A stretch of 64,000 nucleotides of DNA from Myxococcota bacterium (GTDB lineage Bacteria > Myxococcota_A > UBA9160 > UBA4427). Positions within the stretch are counted from its first letter, which is position 1; the number at the start of each line of letters is the position of its first letter. A model generated the notes under the pieces. It was not told the origin of the DNA. It ran no database searches and saw only the letters and a list, made by a program, of their open reading frames with translations. The stretch is from NCBI GenBank assembly GCA_036336835.1, contig JAYZFK010000062.1, positions 1 through 64,000 on the forward strand, read 5' to 3'. The translations under genes were made by a program, and so were the position numbers. Of this stretch, positions 1 through 9,172 are shown piece after piece.

Positions 1-51
1 AGACCGAGGTCTCCCTGCTCTTGCTTCGGTTGAAAAATGACCTCAGCGATC

Positions 52-1782
52 TCAGCCGCTGGGCTTGGTGGTGAAGAGTTCCTCGCGGGCCTCGAAGCGC
101 TGGTATGCGCTCGCGACGACATCGGCGGGAACGTCGAAGACGACCTTTGCGGGACCGATCGCGTCGGTCAGCATGCACTCGGGCATCACGTCGTCTGCCG
201 CCGTGAAACCGGCCCGCTTGTTGAACTCCCATTCGTCCTGGAGGCATTGCCAACCCTGGTCGTTGATCTGCTCACGGGTGACCTCTTCGCCGTACAGCAA
301 GCCGTAGTACTTGCGAATGTCGTCGAGCGTCGGTCCGAAGAACTGGCAGAAGCCGGACGAATCGGTCACACAATTGATGAGCTGGATCTCCTGGGATGAG
401 CGTGCGAACTCCTCGGGAGCCAAGCCCGGGTTGATGACCAACCCCGCCGTGTGGTCGGCGCCCATCGGGCTGGTCGCGTAGGTGACCCCGGTCGCCTTCA
501 GCGGCCGCGGGTCCCAGGCCGGGATCGCCTGTCCGCGGCCGTGCGGCACGCGCGCGTGGCCCCGGTGCTTGCCGATCGAGACGGCGCCGTTGCCTACTGC
601 CTTGCCGAGTTCGGTGCCCTCGGCGATCTGCTCGATCAGGCCGGCCGCGCCCTCGGCGTCACCCCACTCCAGTCCGCCCGAATCCATCAAGATGGCGATC
701 GCGGCACCGGTCTCGATCGTGTCCAGGCCGACCTCGTCGCACAGACGGTCGAGATCGGCCACCTTCTCCCATGAATCGATCGCACAGTTGGCTCCGAGCA
801 GCGTCAGGGTCTCGAACTCGAGCGCACTGGTCTTGTAGTTGCCATCCGCGTCGTGGACGATGTTGCTGCACGACACGATGCAGCCGGTCATGCAGTTGTG
901 CATCTCGCCGCCCCGGGTCTCGAAGCTCTCGACGATGCGCGCACCGTCGAGATTGGCCGCGTCGGGCGACTGGCCCTCGGTGCGGTTCTTGTAGACGAAG
1001 GTGTTCAGCATGTTCGCGATCGGCACCACCGAACTCGTCCCAGTCTTGAACATCTGCGGACCGGCGAGATAGTCCTTCGAGTACGTCTTGTTGAGCGCAT
1101 TGAACTCCTTGCGCGAGGCGGGGGTCCGTAGCCTGGCCTTGCCGGGCTCGATCGCAATCCACTTGACGCCCTTCGAGCCCATCACCGCGCCAACACCACC
1201 GCGCGCGGCATGCCGCGCCGGGCGACGTTCCTGGTTCTGGTCGGTGAACGCGACCGAGGCGCCGGACAGCCGCTGCTCACCAGCCGGACCAATCGAGACC
1301 GCCGAAGCATTCTTGCTGTAGTTCGACAGCAGCTTCTCGCAGCACGCGTAGTTCCACATGCCCTTGTACTCGTCGGCCTGCTGGATCCGCACACCCTCTG
1401 CGTCGACTTCGAGTCCGTAGCGCTTGTCCGGATCGGCGGGTGCACCCTTCATCACGATCGCGCGATAGCCAAGCTTCATCAGATCCTGGCCAGGGTTGCC
1501 TCCGGCGTTCGCCTCCTTGATGCCACCCGTGAGCGGGCTCTTGCAGCCGACCGAGATGCGGCCCGAGGTCGGCGCCGACGTGCCCGAGAGCACGCCGGGG
1601 GCAAGCACCAGGACGTTGTCTGGACCGAGGGGGTCGCACGCCGGATCGCACTCCTTCGTCAGGATCTTCGCCGACAGGCCGCGTCCACCGAGCAGCTTCC
1701 ACTCGTCAGGGAAATCCTCGATCGAAACGGTCTGGTTGGTCATGTCGACATAGATGATGCGATCGCCTTCGGGTCCGGCCAT
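52..1782 (-). CDS. Aldehyde:ferredoxin oxidoreductase (AOR family, W/Mo-pterin, 4Fe-4S)
   Basis: LGGRGL, KSPLTGGIKEANAGG, SIGPAGE and ARGGVGAVMGSKG motifs; Fe-S motif HNCMTGCIVSC plus C-terminal GFCQF. ATG at 1782 preceded by GGAGG SD. Confidence 0.92.
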   Translation of the reverse strand: MAGPEGDRIIYVDMTNQTVSIEDFPDEWKLLGGRGLSAKILTKECDPACDPLGPDNVLVLAPGVLSGTSAPTSGRISVGCKSPLTGGIKEANAGGNPGQDLMKLGYRAIVMKGAPADPDKRYGLEVDAEGVRIQQADEYKGMWNYACCEKLLSNYSKNASAVSIGPAGEQRLSGASVAFTDQNQERRPARHAARGGVGAVMGSKGVKWIAIEPGKARLRTPASRKEFNALNKTYSKDYLAGPQMFKTGTSSVVPIANMLNTFVYKNRTEGQSPDAANLDGARIVESFETRGGEMHNCMTGCIVSCSNIVHDADGNYKTSALEFETLTLLGANCAIDSWEKVADLDRLCDEVGLDTIETGAAIAILMDSGGLEWGDAEGAAGLIEQIAEGTELGKAVGNGAVSIGKHRGHARVPHGRGQAIPAWDPRPLKATGVTYATSPMGADHTAGLVINPGLAPEEFARSSQEIQLINCVTDSSGFCQFFGPTLDDIRKYYGLLYGEEVTREQINDQGWQCLQDEWEFNKRAGFTAADDVMPECMLTDAIGPAKVVFDVPADVVASAYQRFEAREELFTTKPSG

Positions 1783-1822
1783 TGCTTCCTCCAACGTGGG
1801 ATCGGTTTCGGGTTCGTTCGGC

Positions 1823-2092
1823 TCAGCCGCCGGCAATCGCGGCCAGTACGTCGACGCGATCGTCGGGGCCGACCGGCGTGTCCGCGGCGGTGTTGTCGAT
1901 CTGCTCCTCGTTCACGAACAGCTTCACGAAGCGGTGGATATTGCCCTCCGCGTCGAGCACCTGCTCGATGAAGTGCGGAAACTGGGCTTCGACCGCCTCG
2001 AGACAGGCTCGCACGGTCGAGCCCGGTACGACCACTTCGGCCTGGCCGCGCGTGGGGCCGCGATAGGCTGTGGGTACGAGTACCGTAGGCAT
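1823..2092 (-). CDS. MoaD/ThiS family sulfur carrier protein
   Basis: 89-aa ubiquitin-like protein ending AIAGG, with FVNEE motif; adjacent to AOR; SD GAGGAG. Confidence 0.92.
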   Translation of the reverse strand: MPTVLVPTAYRGPTRGQAEVVVPGSTVRACLEAVEAQFPHFIEQVLDAEGNIHRFVKLFVNEEQIDNTAADTPVGPDDRVDVLAAIAGG

Positions 2093-2214
2093 GACCGGAC
2101 TGGCTCCTCTCCCGAGAGTCGAGATCACGCAGTCTAACCCGATTGTCCAGGAAACCCTCTCCTGCAAATGCGGCGGGCCCTCAGCTTTGCGAGCCTCTCC
2201 CTCCGACCCCCGGG

Positions 2215-3765
2215 TCAGCGCTTGATCGGCCCCTGCACCGGACCCAGAACCGGGGCGCTCGGCGTCTCGGGCTCTGCTTCGCCCCGCGCCTTCAGCTGGT
2301 AGCGCTCGACGCGAGCGATCTTCACCAGCTGGCCCGCGTCGAGCACCTGTCCAACGAACAGCGCATTCGCAACGGCGATCTCGTTCAGGCTCCACTGGTT
2401 GTCGGCACGCGCCGACAGCTGCTCCAGGGTCTCTCCAGTCCGCGCCTCGACGATCCGCAGCCGCAGCTCGTCGATTCGAGCGTAATCCTCGTCGCGCAGA
2501 GGCCGGAAGCCGCGCGCGAACGACCGCAGGATGCCGTCGTACTTGGGCAGGCCCGCGCCGGGTGTACTGGCCGCGAGCTGGTAGACCATGCCGTCGAAGG
2601 CGATCCAGGTAATCAACGCATCGACCAGCTCGCCACCTGCTCGGACCTGGGCCCGCGCGCGGAAGGCGCGCAGATTGCCGATCCGGATCGCTGCCGCCTT
2701 GCTGAGCGTGATGCCCTCCCGCCTGGCGTACTCGACGGCCATCGCGCGCGGGTCGTCACCGGGCCCGGCGAGCTCGAGCAGCGCGATCGCATCGCCGCTC
2801 GGCGCGACCGCCATCACCTGGGAGCGCGCGTTCCGATACACCCAGCCCGGTGGAAAGCGCAGCGCAAAGCCGAGGTCGCCGTGCAGGAACATGTTCTCGC
2901 GGAACACACCCTCGCTCGCGGCCGGGCCCACGACAATGCCGTCGATACGGTCGTAGAACTCGCGCCGCGTGGGAGAAATCGCGAAGCCGGGCGTCCAGCG
3001 CTCGACCTGCGCGCGCGACGTCGCCTCCGCGAAGCGTTCTGGGGTCGCCGGGTGGGTGTCGAAGAAGCCCGGCGTACGGCTCGCGCCGGTTCGCAGTCGC
3101 GTGAAATTGTCGAGCTGCTTGAGGAAGCGAGCCATCCCGCCCGGATCGATCCCCGCGCGACTCGTGAGTTCGATCGCGATCCGATCTGACTGACGTTCCT
3201 GCTCCCGCGAGTAGGAGGCGAGCAACCCCTGCCCAAGAAACTGCGTTCCCGCGATCGCGCTCCCGTCCACGGAGCCGGTCGCTGCGGCAACCACGCCCAG
3301 GACCGTCAGCAGTGTCGCCGCCTTGGCCGCGGTGTCGCGCTGCGCCGCGTGGCGCGCAGCAACGTGACCGATCTCGTGCGCGATCACGTTCGCGATTTCG
3401 GCCTCGGAGTTCGCAAGCGTCAACAGCCCGCGGGAGACGTAGATGTAGCCGCCCGGAAGCGCAAACGCGTTGGGCTCCTCCATCTCGACGACATGGAAGC
3501 TGTACTCGACGTCCTGGCGCGGTGAATACTTGGCGAGTTCGCTGCCAAGTTGCTGGACGTACTCATCGAGCGCCGCATCCGCGATGATTCCCAGCTGGGC
3601 CTCGACCTGCTTGGCTGCCTCGTCGCCGATCGCCTGCTCGTCCGCTTCGGACATGAGGACGAACTCTTCGCGCCCGGAAACCGGATTGGTTCGGCAGCCG
3701 GCAAGCCCCACCACGCAGAGGGTGAGCACGAGGGCCAGCAGCAGGGCCCAGAGATTACGCAGCAT
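2215..3765 (-). CDS. M48 family zinc metalloprotease lipoprotein with C-terminal LysM-like segment
   Basis: Lipobox LAGC, NAFALPGG, HEIGH zinc motif, YSREQE, FFDTHP. Start is 3765 or 3777. Confidence 0.9.
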   Translation of the reverse strand: MLRNLWALLLALVLTLCVVGLAGCRTNPVSGREEFVLMSEADEQAIGDEAAKQVEAQLGIIADAALDEYVQQLGSELAKYSPRQDVEYSFHVVEMEEPNAFALPGGYIYVSRGLLTLANSEAEIANVIAHEIGHVAARHAAQRDTAAKAATLLTVLGVVAAATGSVDGSAIAGTQFLGQGLLASYSREQERQSDRIAIELTSRAGIDPGGMARFLKQLDNFTRLRTGASRTPGFFDTHPATPERFAEATSRAQVERWTPGFAISPTRREFYDRIDGIVVGPAASEGVFRENMFLHGDLGFALRFPPGWVYRNARSQVMAVAPSGDAIALLELAGPGDDPRAMAVEYARREGITLSKAAAIRIGNLRAFRARAQVRAGGELVDALITWIAFDGMVYQLAASTPGAGLPKYDGILRSFARGFRPLRDEDYARIDELRLRIVEARTGETLEQLSARADNQWSLNEIAVANALFVGQVLDAGQLVKIARVERYQLKARGEAEPETPSAPVLGPVQGPIKR

Positions 3766-3778
3766 CGCCTGCAGCATA

Positions 3779-4320
3779 GGGATTCGTGTGTGATCAACCA
3801 CAGACGGGCGCTCGACACCGCCTGCGGAACTCCCGGGAGGACGCCTTGCCAAAACAAACCGAGGTGGTGGAGGCCTCCCCGCCGCACTGACGGGGCGCAT
3901 TGGCGTTCGACGGAGCAATCCGCGCGGAACGCGAATTCTTCGGCGAGACCCGAGGCCGATTTCGGCGACCTGGTTGATCCTACAGATCCACCTGATCAGG
4001 CCTTGGATCTGCCATTGGATCGGGCCTCGCCGGCACGGCACTCGGAGAGGCTCGCCTCGTTCTCCGACGATGTCTGTGGAAGCTCCCGGCTTCGAGAAGG
4101 CTCCCCCACCCTTGGACCCGGCCGTCTCGTCCATCTACCCGTCACGTCGTTGCGTGCGACTCGCTTTTGATCACACGCGACGCCGTCTGACGCGAAGCAA
4201 CGATCGTCCCGCAGTCCGCCCACTCCCACCGACGCGAATCCCGTGCATCACTGGTGCGCAGCCATCTTGGGTCGGCAGAAGCAAGACCTCGGTCTCCTCT
4301 GCTGAGCACCGACGCACACC
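3779..4320 (-). ncRNA. Candidate large structured non-coding RNA (~540 nt), family not recognised
   Basis: No credible ORF. Sigma70-like promoter directly upstream. At least 10 helices of 7-13 bp found by eye; several contain G-U pairs that work only on the minus strand. Several long-range crossing helices. Confidence 0.6.
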
Positions 4321-4324
4321 GATC

Positions 4325-4352
4325 AAGCTACTTCTCGTCCCGAAGATGTCAA
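4325..4352 (-). promoter_or_regulatory. Sigma70-type promoter TTGACA-N16-TAGCTT
   Basis: Perfect -35 TTGACA (4352-4347) and -10 TAGCTT (4330-4325). The predicted TSS near 4320 coincides with the first helix of the candidate RNA. Confidence 0.7.
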
Positions 4353-4509
4353 ATCAAAGCGCGATCTTTCGACCATGCGCAAACGTATTCAGTTCTCGCG
4401 GCGGCGATCTTCCGGAGTCGTGTATCCGGATCCGCGCATCCAACCCGTTCGTCGCGCAAACCACATCTCGGTCAGCGGAGCTGAAGATCCGCAGCGCAGT
4501 CGCGCGGGC

Positions 4510-4845
4510 TCACGGCTCGTCGGCTGTTGCGGTCGGGAGTCTCAGCCAGGCGATCGTGGCCCCCCAACCGCCGCGCTCGCCCGGGGCATCGGCGTAATGT
4601 TCGACGCGCGGATCGCGCGCGAGTTGCTGCTGGATGCGCGCCCGTTGCACGCCCTTGCCCCGGCCATGGATCAGCCGCACCTCCCGGAAGCCGCGTTCCC
4701 GGGCGGCTTCGAGATAGGCGTCGACGACCCCGAGCACGTCCCGCGGCAGGAAGCTGTGCAGGTCGATCGACTGCTCGATCGGCACGACCACCGGCTCCTC
4801 GCCAGTGTCGCGTCCCTGGCTCGCGTCTCGTTCCGGATCGCTCAT
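4510..4845 (-). CDS. Smr/MutS2 domain protein
   Basis: IDLH, VRLIHGRGKG and GGWGAT motifs. Confidence 0.92.
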   Translation of the reverse strand: MSDPERDASQGRDTGEEPVVVPIEQSIDLHSFLPRDVLGVVDAYLEAARERGFREVRLIHGRGKGVQRARIQQQLARDPRVEHYADAPGERGGWGATIAWLRLPTATADEP

Positions 4846-5016
4846 GGCTCTGGCCCCCGAGTCCGACAGACTAGTCTCGGCGCGGTGGGGACGGGACTCC
4901 CCGAGGGGGACAGGGAGCGTCGACGGCGGGGTCCAGGTCGCTAGACTGCGCCCGATTCACCCGCGGCCCCGCCCCGGCGCCCCGGGTGCCGGTTGCTCCG
5001 AGTATCCGAGGCCGCT

Positions 5017-5056
5017 TTCCTGGCTCGATCCCGGCTTCCCTGGCTCGATCCCGGCT
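5017..5056. repeat. Tandem 20-bp duplication (t[t/c]cctggctcgatcccggct x2)
   Basis: 5017-5036 and 5037-5056 are 19/20 identical; located upstream of the DHH gene. Confidence 0.85.
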
Positions 5057-5074
5057 AATGGTAATGGGGGTTTG

Positions 5075-6466
5075 GTGCGCCGCATCATCGTCTGCGATGG
5101 AGCCGAGATCGCCCGCTTCTGGAGTGGGATCGGCGCTGCAGAGCACGAAGAGCTCACCTGGGTTCCGCGCGAGGACGAGTCTCGCGCACGGCCACCAGGC
5201 TTCCGCGCCTTGCAGGGCGGGATGTCGGCGGAGGCAATCGCCAGGCTCGATCCCATGCCGGGCGACCGCTATGCGCTGGCGAGCGAGGAAGGGCCCTGGA
5301 TTCGCAACGCGATCCGAACGATCGACGAGGTGGCCCACGACGCCCCGATCCTGGTGCTCTCCGACAAGCTGACCGAGCACGACCTGCCGGAGCGCAGCTG
5401 CCTGCGTCAGAACCGCCTCACCTCGATGCTGCGCGACGACGTCGACGAGCAGTTCGATCACCTCGACAACCTGCAGCGGGTGGTCGAGCTGCGAACACTG
5501 CTCGAAGCGCGCGAGAAGGTCGGAATCCTGCTCCAGCCCGACCCCGACCCGGACGGCATCGCCTGCGGCTACGCGCTCCGGGCGCTGCTCGGCCGCAAGC
5601 GCACGACCGCCCCGTTGATCTCGTTTGGCGAGGTGAAGCGTCCGGAGAACCTGGCACTGCTCCAGGCACTCGGGATCACCGTGCGAACGGTGACGGCCGA
5701 CGAGCTCGACGACCTCGATGGCCTGGTGCTCGTCGACGTGCAGCCGAACGTGTTCGGCGACCCACCGCCAGCCCGCGTTCGATCGGTCGACGCCGTGATC
5801 GATCACCACCCCGAGCGCACCGGCTACGACGCCGTGATCCGCGATATTCGCGTCTCGTACGGCGCGACCGCCACGATCCTGACAGAGTACCTGCGCGCCG
5901 CCAACTTCGAGCTCGGTCCGAAGCTCGCGACCGCACTGCTCTACGGCATCAAGAGCGACACGCAGCTGCTCGGCCGCGATACCACCGGCCACGACATGCA
6001 GTCATTCGCCTATCTCCACGCGTCGCACAGCCCCGCGCTACTGCGCCGCATCGAACGCCCGGCGCTGCCGCTGGACGGGCTGCGTGCTCTCGGCCGTGCG
6101 CTGTCTCGTGCGCGCGTGCGCGACGGGGTGCACCTGCTCACGCTGGGCCGCGTGCGCGAGGACGTGATCCCGCAGGTGGCCGACATGGCACTGCAAGCGG
6201 AGGGCGCCGAGTGGGCCGTCGCCGCCGGAATCGTCGGCAGCGATCTCGTGTTCTCGGTCCGCAACGTCGGTCACGTCCGTGCGGCGGGCGAGGTCGTGCG
6301 CAGCGTCGTCGAAGGACTGGGCGTCGGCGGCGGTCACCGGTCGATGGCCAAGGGCATCATCCCGCTCAAGACCCTGCGCGACGTCTACGGCAACACGCGG
6401 CGCGAGCAGATCGAGAGCGCCCTGTTCGACGCCTTCCTGCGCTCGATCCACGAAGAACGCGAATAA
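5075..6466 (+). CDS. DHH/DHHA1 family phosphoesterase with N-terminal degenerate RCK-like region
   Basis: PDPDGIAC, LVDVQP, VIDHHP, GATATIL, YGIKSDT and GGGH motifs. Start GTG 5075 (or TTG 5072) inferred. Confidence 0.88.
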   Translation: MRRIIVCDGAEIARFWSGIGAAEHEELTWVPREDESRARPPGFRALQGGMSAEAIARLDPMPGDRYALASEEGPWIRNAIRTIDEVAHDAPILVLSDKLTEHDLPERSCLRQNRLTSMLRDDVDEQFDHLDNLQRVVELRTLLEAREKVGILLQPDPDPDGIACGYALRALLGRKRTTAPLISFGEVKRPENLALLQALGITVRTVTADELDDLDGLVLVDVQPNVFGDPPPARVRSVDAVIDHHPERTGYDAVIRDIRVSYGATATILTEYLRAANFELGPKLATALLYGIKSDTQLLGRDTTGHDMQSFAYLHASHSPALLRRIERPALPLDGLRALGRALSRARVRDGVHLLTLGRVREDVIPQVADMALQAEGAEWAVAAGIVGSDLVFSVRNVGHVRAAGEVVRSVVEGLGVGGGHRSMAKGIIPLKTLRDVYGNTRREQIESALFDAFLRSIHEERE

Positions 6467-6469
6467 CCG

Positions 6470-6775
6470 GTGGCACGGCCGATCGCTCTCGAGCCTGCCG
6501 CGATCAACCGCGCACTCGAGACGCTCGAAGGCTGGACACTCGATGACGGCAAGCTGTTGCGCGAGTTCCGCTTCGCAAGCTTCGGCGAAGCCTTCGGCTT
6601 CATGTCGCGCGCTGCGCTGGTCGCCGAGAAGCTCGATCACCACCCCGAGTGGTTCAACGTCTACGCCACGGTACGCGTCCACCTGACGACGCACGATGCA
6701 GGCGGCTTGACCAAGCTCGACCTCGAGCTGGCGCGCGCAATGAACGCGATCGCGGGAAGCAGCGCTTCCAGCTAG
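6470..6775 (+). CDS. phhB: Pterin-4a-carbinolamine dehydratase
   Basis: [13 protein letters not shown]...[13 protein letters not shown] signature. Confidence 0.95.
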   Translation: MARPIALEPAAINRALETLEGWTLDDGKLLREFRFASFGEAFGFMSRAALVAEKLDHHPEWFNVYATVRVHLTTHDAGGLTKLDLELARAMNAIAGSSASS

Positions 6776-8340
6776 GAGTCCAGTGTCAGCAGCTGGTGCG
6801 CCCCGGTCAGCCGTCCCTTGATATCGATGCCGAGCGGGCAGGTGTTGGTGCACGGAGCCGGGCAGCTCGCGCAGATCGACGCGTTCGCCGCACCGATCCT
6901 TGCGTACTGCTGCATGCCCTCCTTTTCCCAGCCGTAGTCCTCGAAGTACATGCGAAAGCGCAGCACGTCGTGGATCGGCAGGCCGACGGGACACGAATCC
7001 AGGCAGGCGCCACAGTGCGGCGCGCAGTGCGTTTCAGCCGTCAGCACGTCGTAGCGTTGCAATGTCGTGACGTCCCGGTCTCCGAATCGCTTGCCCGATG
7101 CGAACAGGTACTCCTCGACATGTTGCGGCTCGAAGAAGCTGATGACCGCGCTCGAAACGTACTCGTTCGAGAGCACCCACTTGAGCGCCGCCTGCGAGTA
7201 GGCGTCCGCGTGCTCGGTGAAATCGAGCAGACCGCGATGCTTGGCGCCCTTGAGCGTCTTCATCGCAACGACACCCATGTCGGCATCTTGCCGAGCGCGT
7301 TCCATCACGCTCGCGATCTCGGGCCAGATTCCGTGATGATAGGCGAGCATCATCACGTCGAAACGCTGGGATTCGATGGCTGCGTTCGCGACCTCGACCA
7401 GACGGGGCGTGTGGCTGGAGAAGCCGAGAAAGCGAGCCTTACCCTGCTCGCGCAGCCGGTCGAAGGCCTCGTGCGCGTTCGGGTCGAGCAGCCTGTCGAG
7501 AGAGTCCACGCCGTGGATGTGGATCAGGTCGACGTAGTCGGTCCGCAGGCGTCGTAGGCTCGCCTCGACGGCGGACTGGTAGTCGTCGGCCGAAGTGCCC
7601 GCCGGAAGGTTGCCGAGCGGCGTACAGAACTTGGTGGCGAGGAAGACCGCTTCGCGACGGCCCTCGAGTGCTTCGCCGACCGCGCGCTCGCTACCCTCGG
7701 CCGAATAGTCGGGCGCAGTGTCGATGTAGTTGACACCCCGATCAAGTGCGGCGCGCAACACGCGCACGCCCTGCTCGCCCGAGATACGACCCGCACCGAC
7801 CGCGATGTCGGACACGTCCCATTCGGTTCGGCCCATGCGGCGATGCGCCGCGATGCGGCTGCCCTGCCAGTGCGGCAGGAGATTCGGGTGAGTGCGAACG
7901 ATGTCCGGCTGATCGCCCAGGATGCGCGAGAACACCGGCCACCAGGCGCGGTCGGGGGCGCCGACGCCGAACAGGCTGCGCCCCACGCTGGCCGCAGCGG
8001 CGATCGACGCTGCGCCCACGCCCGTCAGCAGACTGCGGCGACCGGCGTTCGCGGCTTCTGCGTCCCCCGCAGACTCGCGCCTAGCCGCCGCGCGCACGGT
8101 GTACCAGGCTCCCACCCCCAGCGCGGCGAAGAGCGCCAGCAGCCAGACCGGCCCGACCATCACGCGCCGCACACTGGGCAACAGAGTCATCAGCAGGGCC
8201 TGCAGCTGAGGCCCCCACCACCAGCCGGTGGGGCCGACGTCCTCGAAGGCGAGAAGGAGCAGCGAGCCACCGAGCGTGAAGCCAACCCCAGCGGCGATCG
8301 CCAGGATCGCAATGACGAGCCAGCGCTGACGGTGCGACAT
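6772..8340 (-). CDS. Aldo/keto reductase with C-terminal Fe-S-type Cys cluster and N-terminal membrane segments
   Basis: [29 protein letters not shown]-terminal [13 protein letters not shown] and [16 protein letters not shown] 8340 with GGAGG SD. Confidence 0.88.
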   Translation of the reverse strand: MSHRQRWLVIAILAIAAGVGFTLGGSLLLLAFEDVGPTGWWWGPQLQALLMTLLPSVRRVMVGPVWLLALFAALGVGAWYTVRAAARRESAGDAEAANAGRRSLLTGVGAASIAAAASVGRSLFGVGAPDRAWWPVFSRILGDQPDIVRTHPNLLPHWQGSRIAAHRRMGRTEWDVSDIAVGAGRISGEQGVRVLRAALDRGVNYIDTAPDYSAEGSERAVGEALEGRREAVFLATKFCTPLGNLPAGTSADDYQSAVEASLRRLRTDYVDLIHIHGVDSLDRLLDPNAHEAFDRLREQGKARFLGFSSHTPRLVEVANAAIESQRFDVMMLAYHHGIWPEIASVMERARQDADMGVVAMKTLKGAKHRGLLDFTEHADAYSQAALKWVLSNEYVSSAVISFFEPQHVEEYLFASGKRFGDRDVTTLQRYDVLTAETHCAPHCGACLDSCPVGLPIHDVLRFRMYFEDYGWEKEGMQQYARIGAANASICASCPAPCTNTCPLGIDIKGRLTGAHQLLTLDS

Positions 8341-8408
8341 CGCACACCTCCGCGTCCATGGTACTCGCTCCAACCTCGCGCTGGCAGGATCGGAGCGCGG
8401 GACGAGAT

Positions 8409-9083
8409 CTATTCCAGAGCGATCTGCGACAGTGCGATCACCCGCCCGAAGTCCTCTGGAAGCTCGTGGGCCGCGGAGGCCAGCATGGCGACCGGCGGGG
8501 GCATCGCATCGCCGGCAGCCTCGAAGTGAGCGAGCGCACTCGCCGGGTCCGCCACGATCGCGCCGAGATCGAGTTCGGCGGCGCGAGCGGCTTCCGCGGG
8601 ACTCGCCGCCACCGCCCACAGCGGCGGCCCGTCGCGGCGCACGGGGCGCGGGTGCACCTCGATCCATTGCGCATCCTCTCCGCCGTCGTGCACCGCCACC
8701 CGCGCTCCGCTCCAGGCGTGGCGAAGTCGCTCCAGTACGCCCGCATCCGGCAGCCCTTCGAACGCGAGCTCGAGTCGGCCGCCGCACAACCCGTCGGCCG
8801 TCGCCGCGTCCTCGGCGAGCCGGATCCAGCTCGTACTGCGCAGCCCTGCGGCCACTACGCGCAGACCTTCGCAGTGGAGCGCAACCGCCACCGCCAGACG
8901 CATCGAATCGTTCTGCGCAGCCAACCCTCGCGGCGCCGATAGCCACACGCGCCCGCAGCCGGCCGTCTCTGCAGCGCGCGCTGCCGCGAGCAGGCGATCG
9001 TGCTGTGCCGCCTCCGCAGATGAAGATCGCTGCGAGGCGAGCAAGAACCAGGATTCGTCGGTCCGCGTCACGGAGGCGAGCAT
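8409..9083 (-). CDS. Divergent, short luciferase-like (LLM) monooxygenase-fold protein
   Basis: AARAAETAGCGRVWL, IRLAEDAATADGLCGGRLEL, VHPRPVRRDGPPLW. Only 224 aa. Confidence 0.65.
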   Translation of the reverse strand: MLASVTRTDESWFLLASQRSSSAEAAQHDRLLAAARAAETAGCGRVWLSAPRGLAAQNDSMRLAVAVALHCEGLRVVAAGLRSTSWIRLAEDAATADGLCGGRLELAFEGLPDAGVLERLRHAWSGARVAVHDGGEDAQWIEVHPRPVRRDGPPLWAVAASPAEAARAAELDLGAIVADPASALAHFEAAGDAMPPPVAMLASAAHELPEDFGRVIALSQIALE

Positions 9084-9172
9084 CGCGCAGCGCCCCGGCC
9101 AATGCCCATGGTCCGATGTCTCCTGCCCAGCCGATCTCGAACGCGCTCGGTCGGGCCGCTACCGTTTGCGCC

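Noticed and set aside
1..12. agaccgaggtct also present on the opposite strand at about 4284-4295
   Set aside because: A 12-bp near-palindrome at the window edge; chance cannot be excluded.
3860..3880. Minus-strand GGCCTCCACCA resembling a tmRNA/tRNA 3' end
   Set aside because: No preceding T-arm (GGTTCRA) and no matching acceptor 5' strand or tag ORF; it lies inside the larger structure.
3778..4134. N-terminal extension of the 639-aa M48 ORF
   Set aside because: The lipoprotein signal begins at 3777/3765, and the extension is low-complexity read-through of the structured region.
3784..4180. 13/14-bp inverted repeat read as MITE termini
   Set aside because: No target-site duplication and no second copy. 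The other complements are in the same order rather than inverted, and the G-U bias fits an RNA better.
4305..4320. GTGTGCG/GTGCG start resembling a group II intron 5' end
   Set aside because: No domain V/VI pattern and no RT/maturase in the window.
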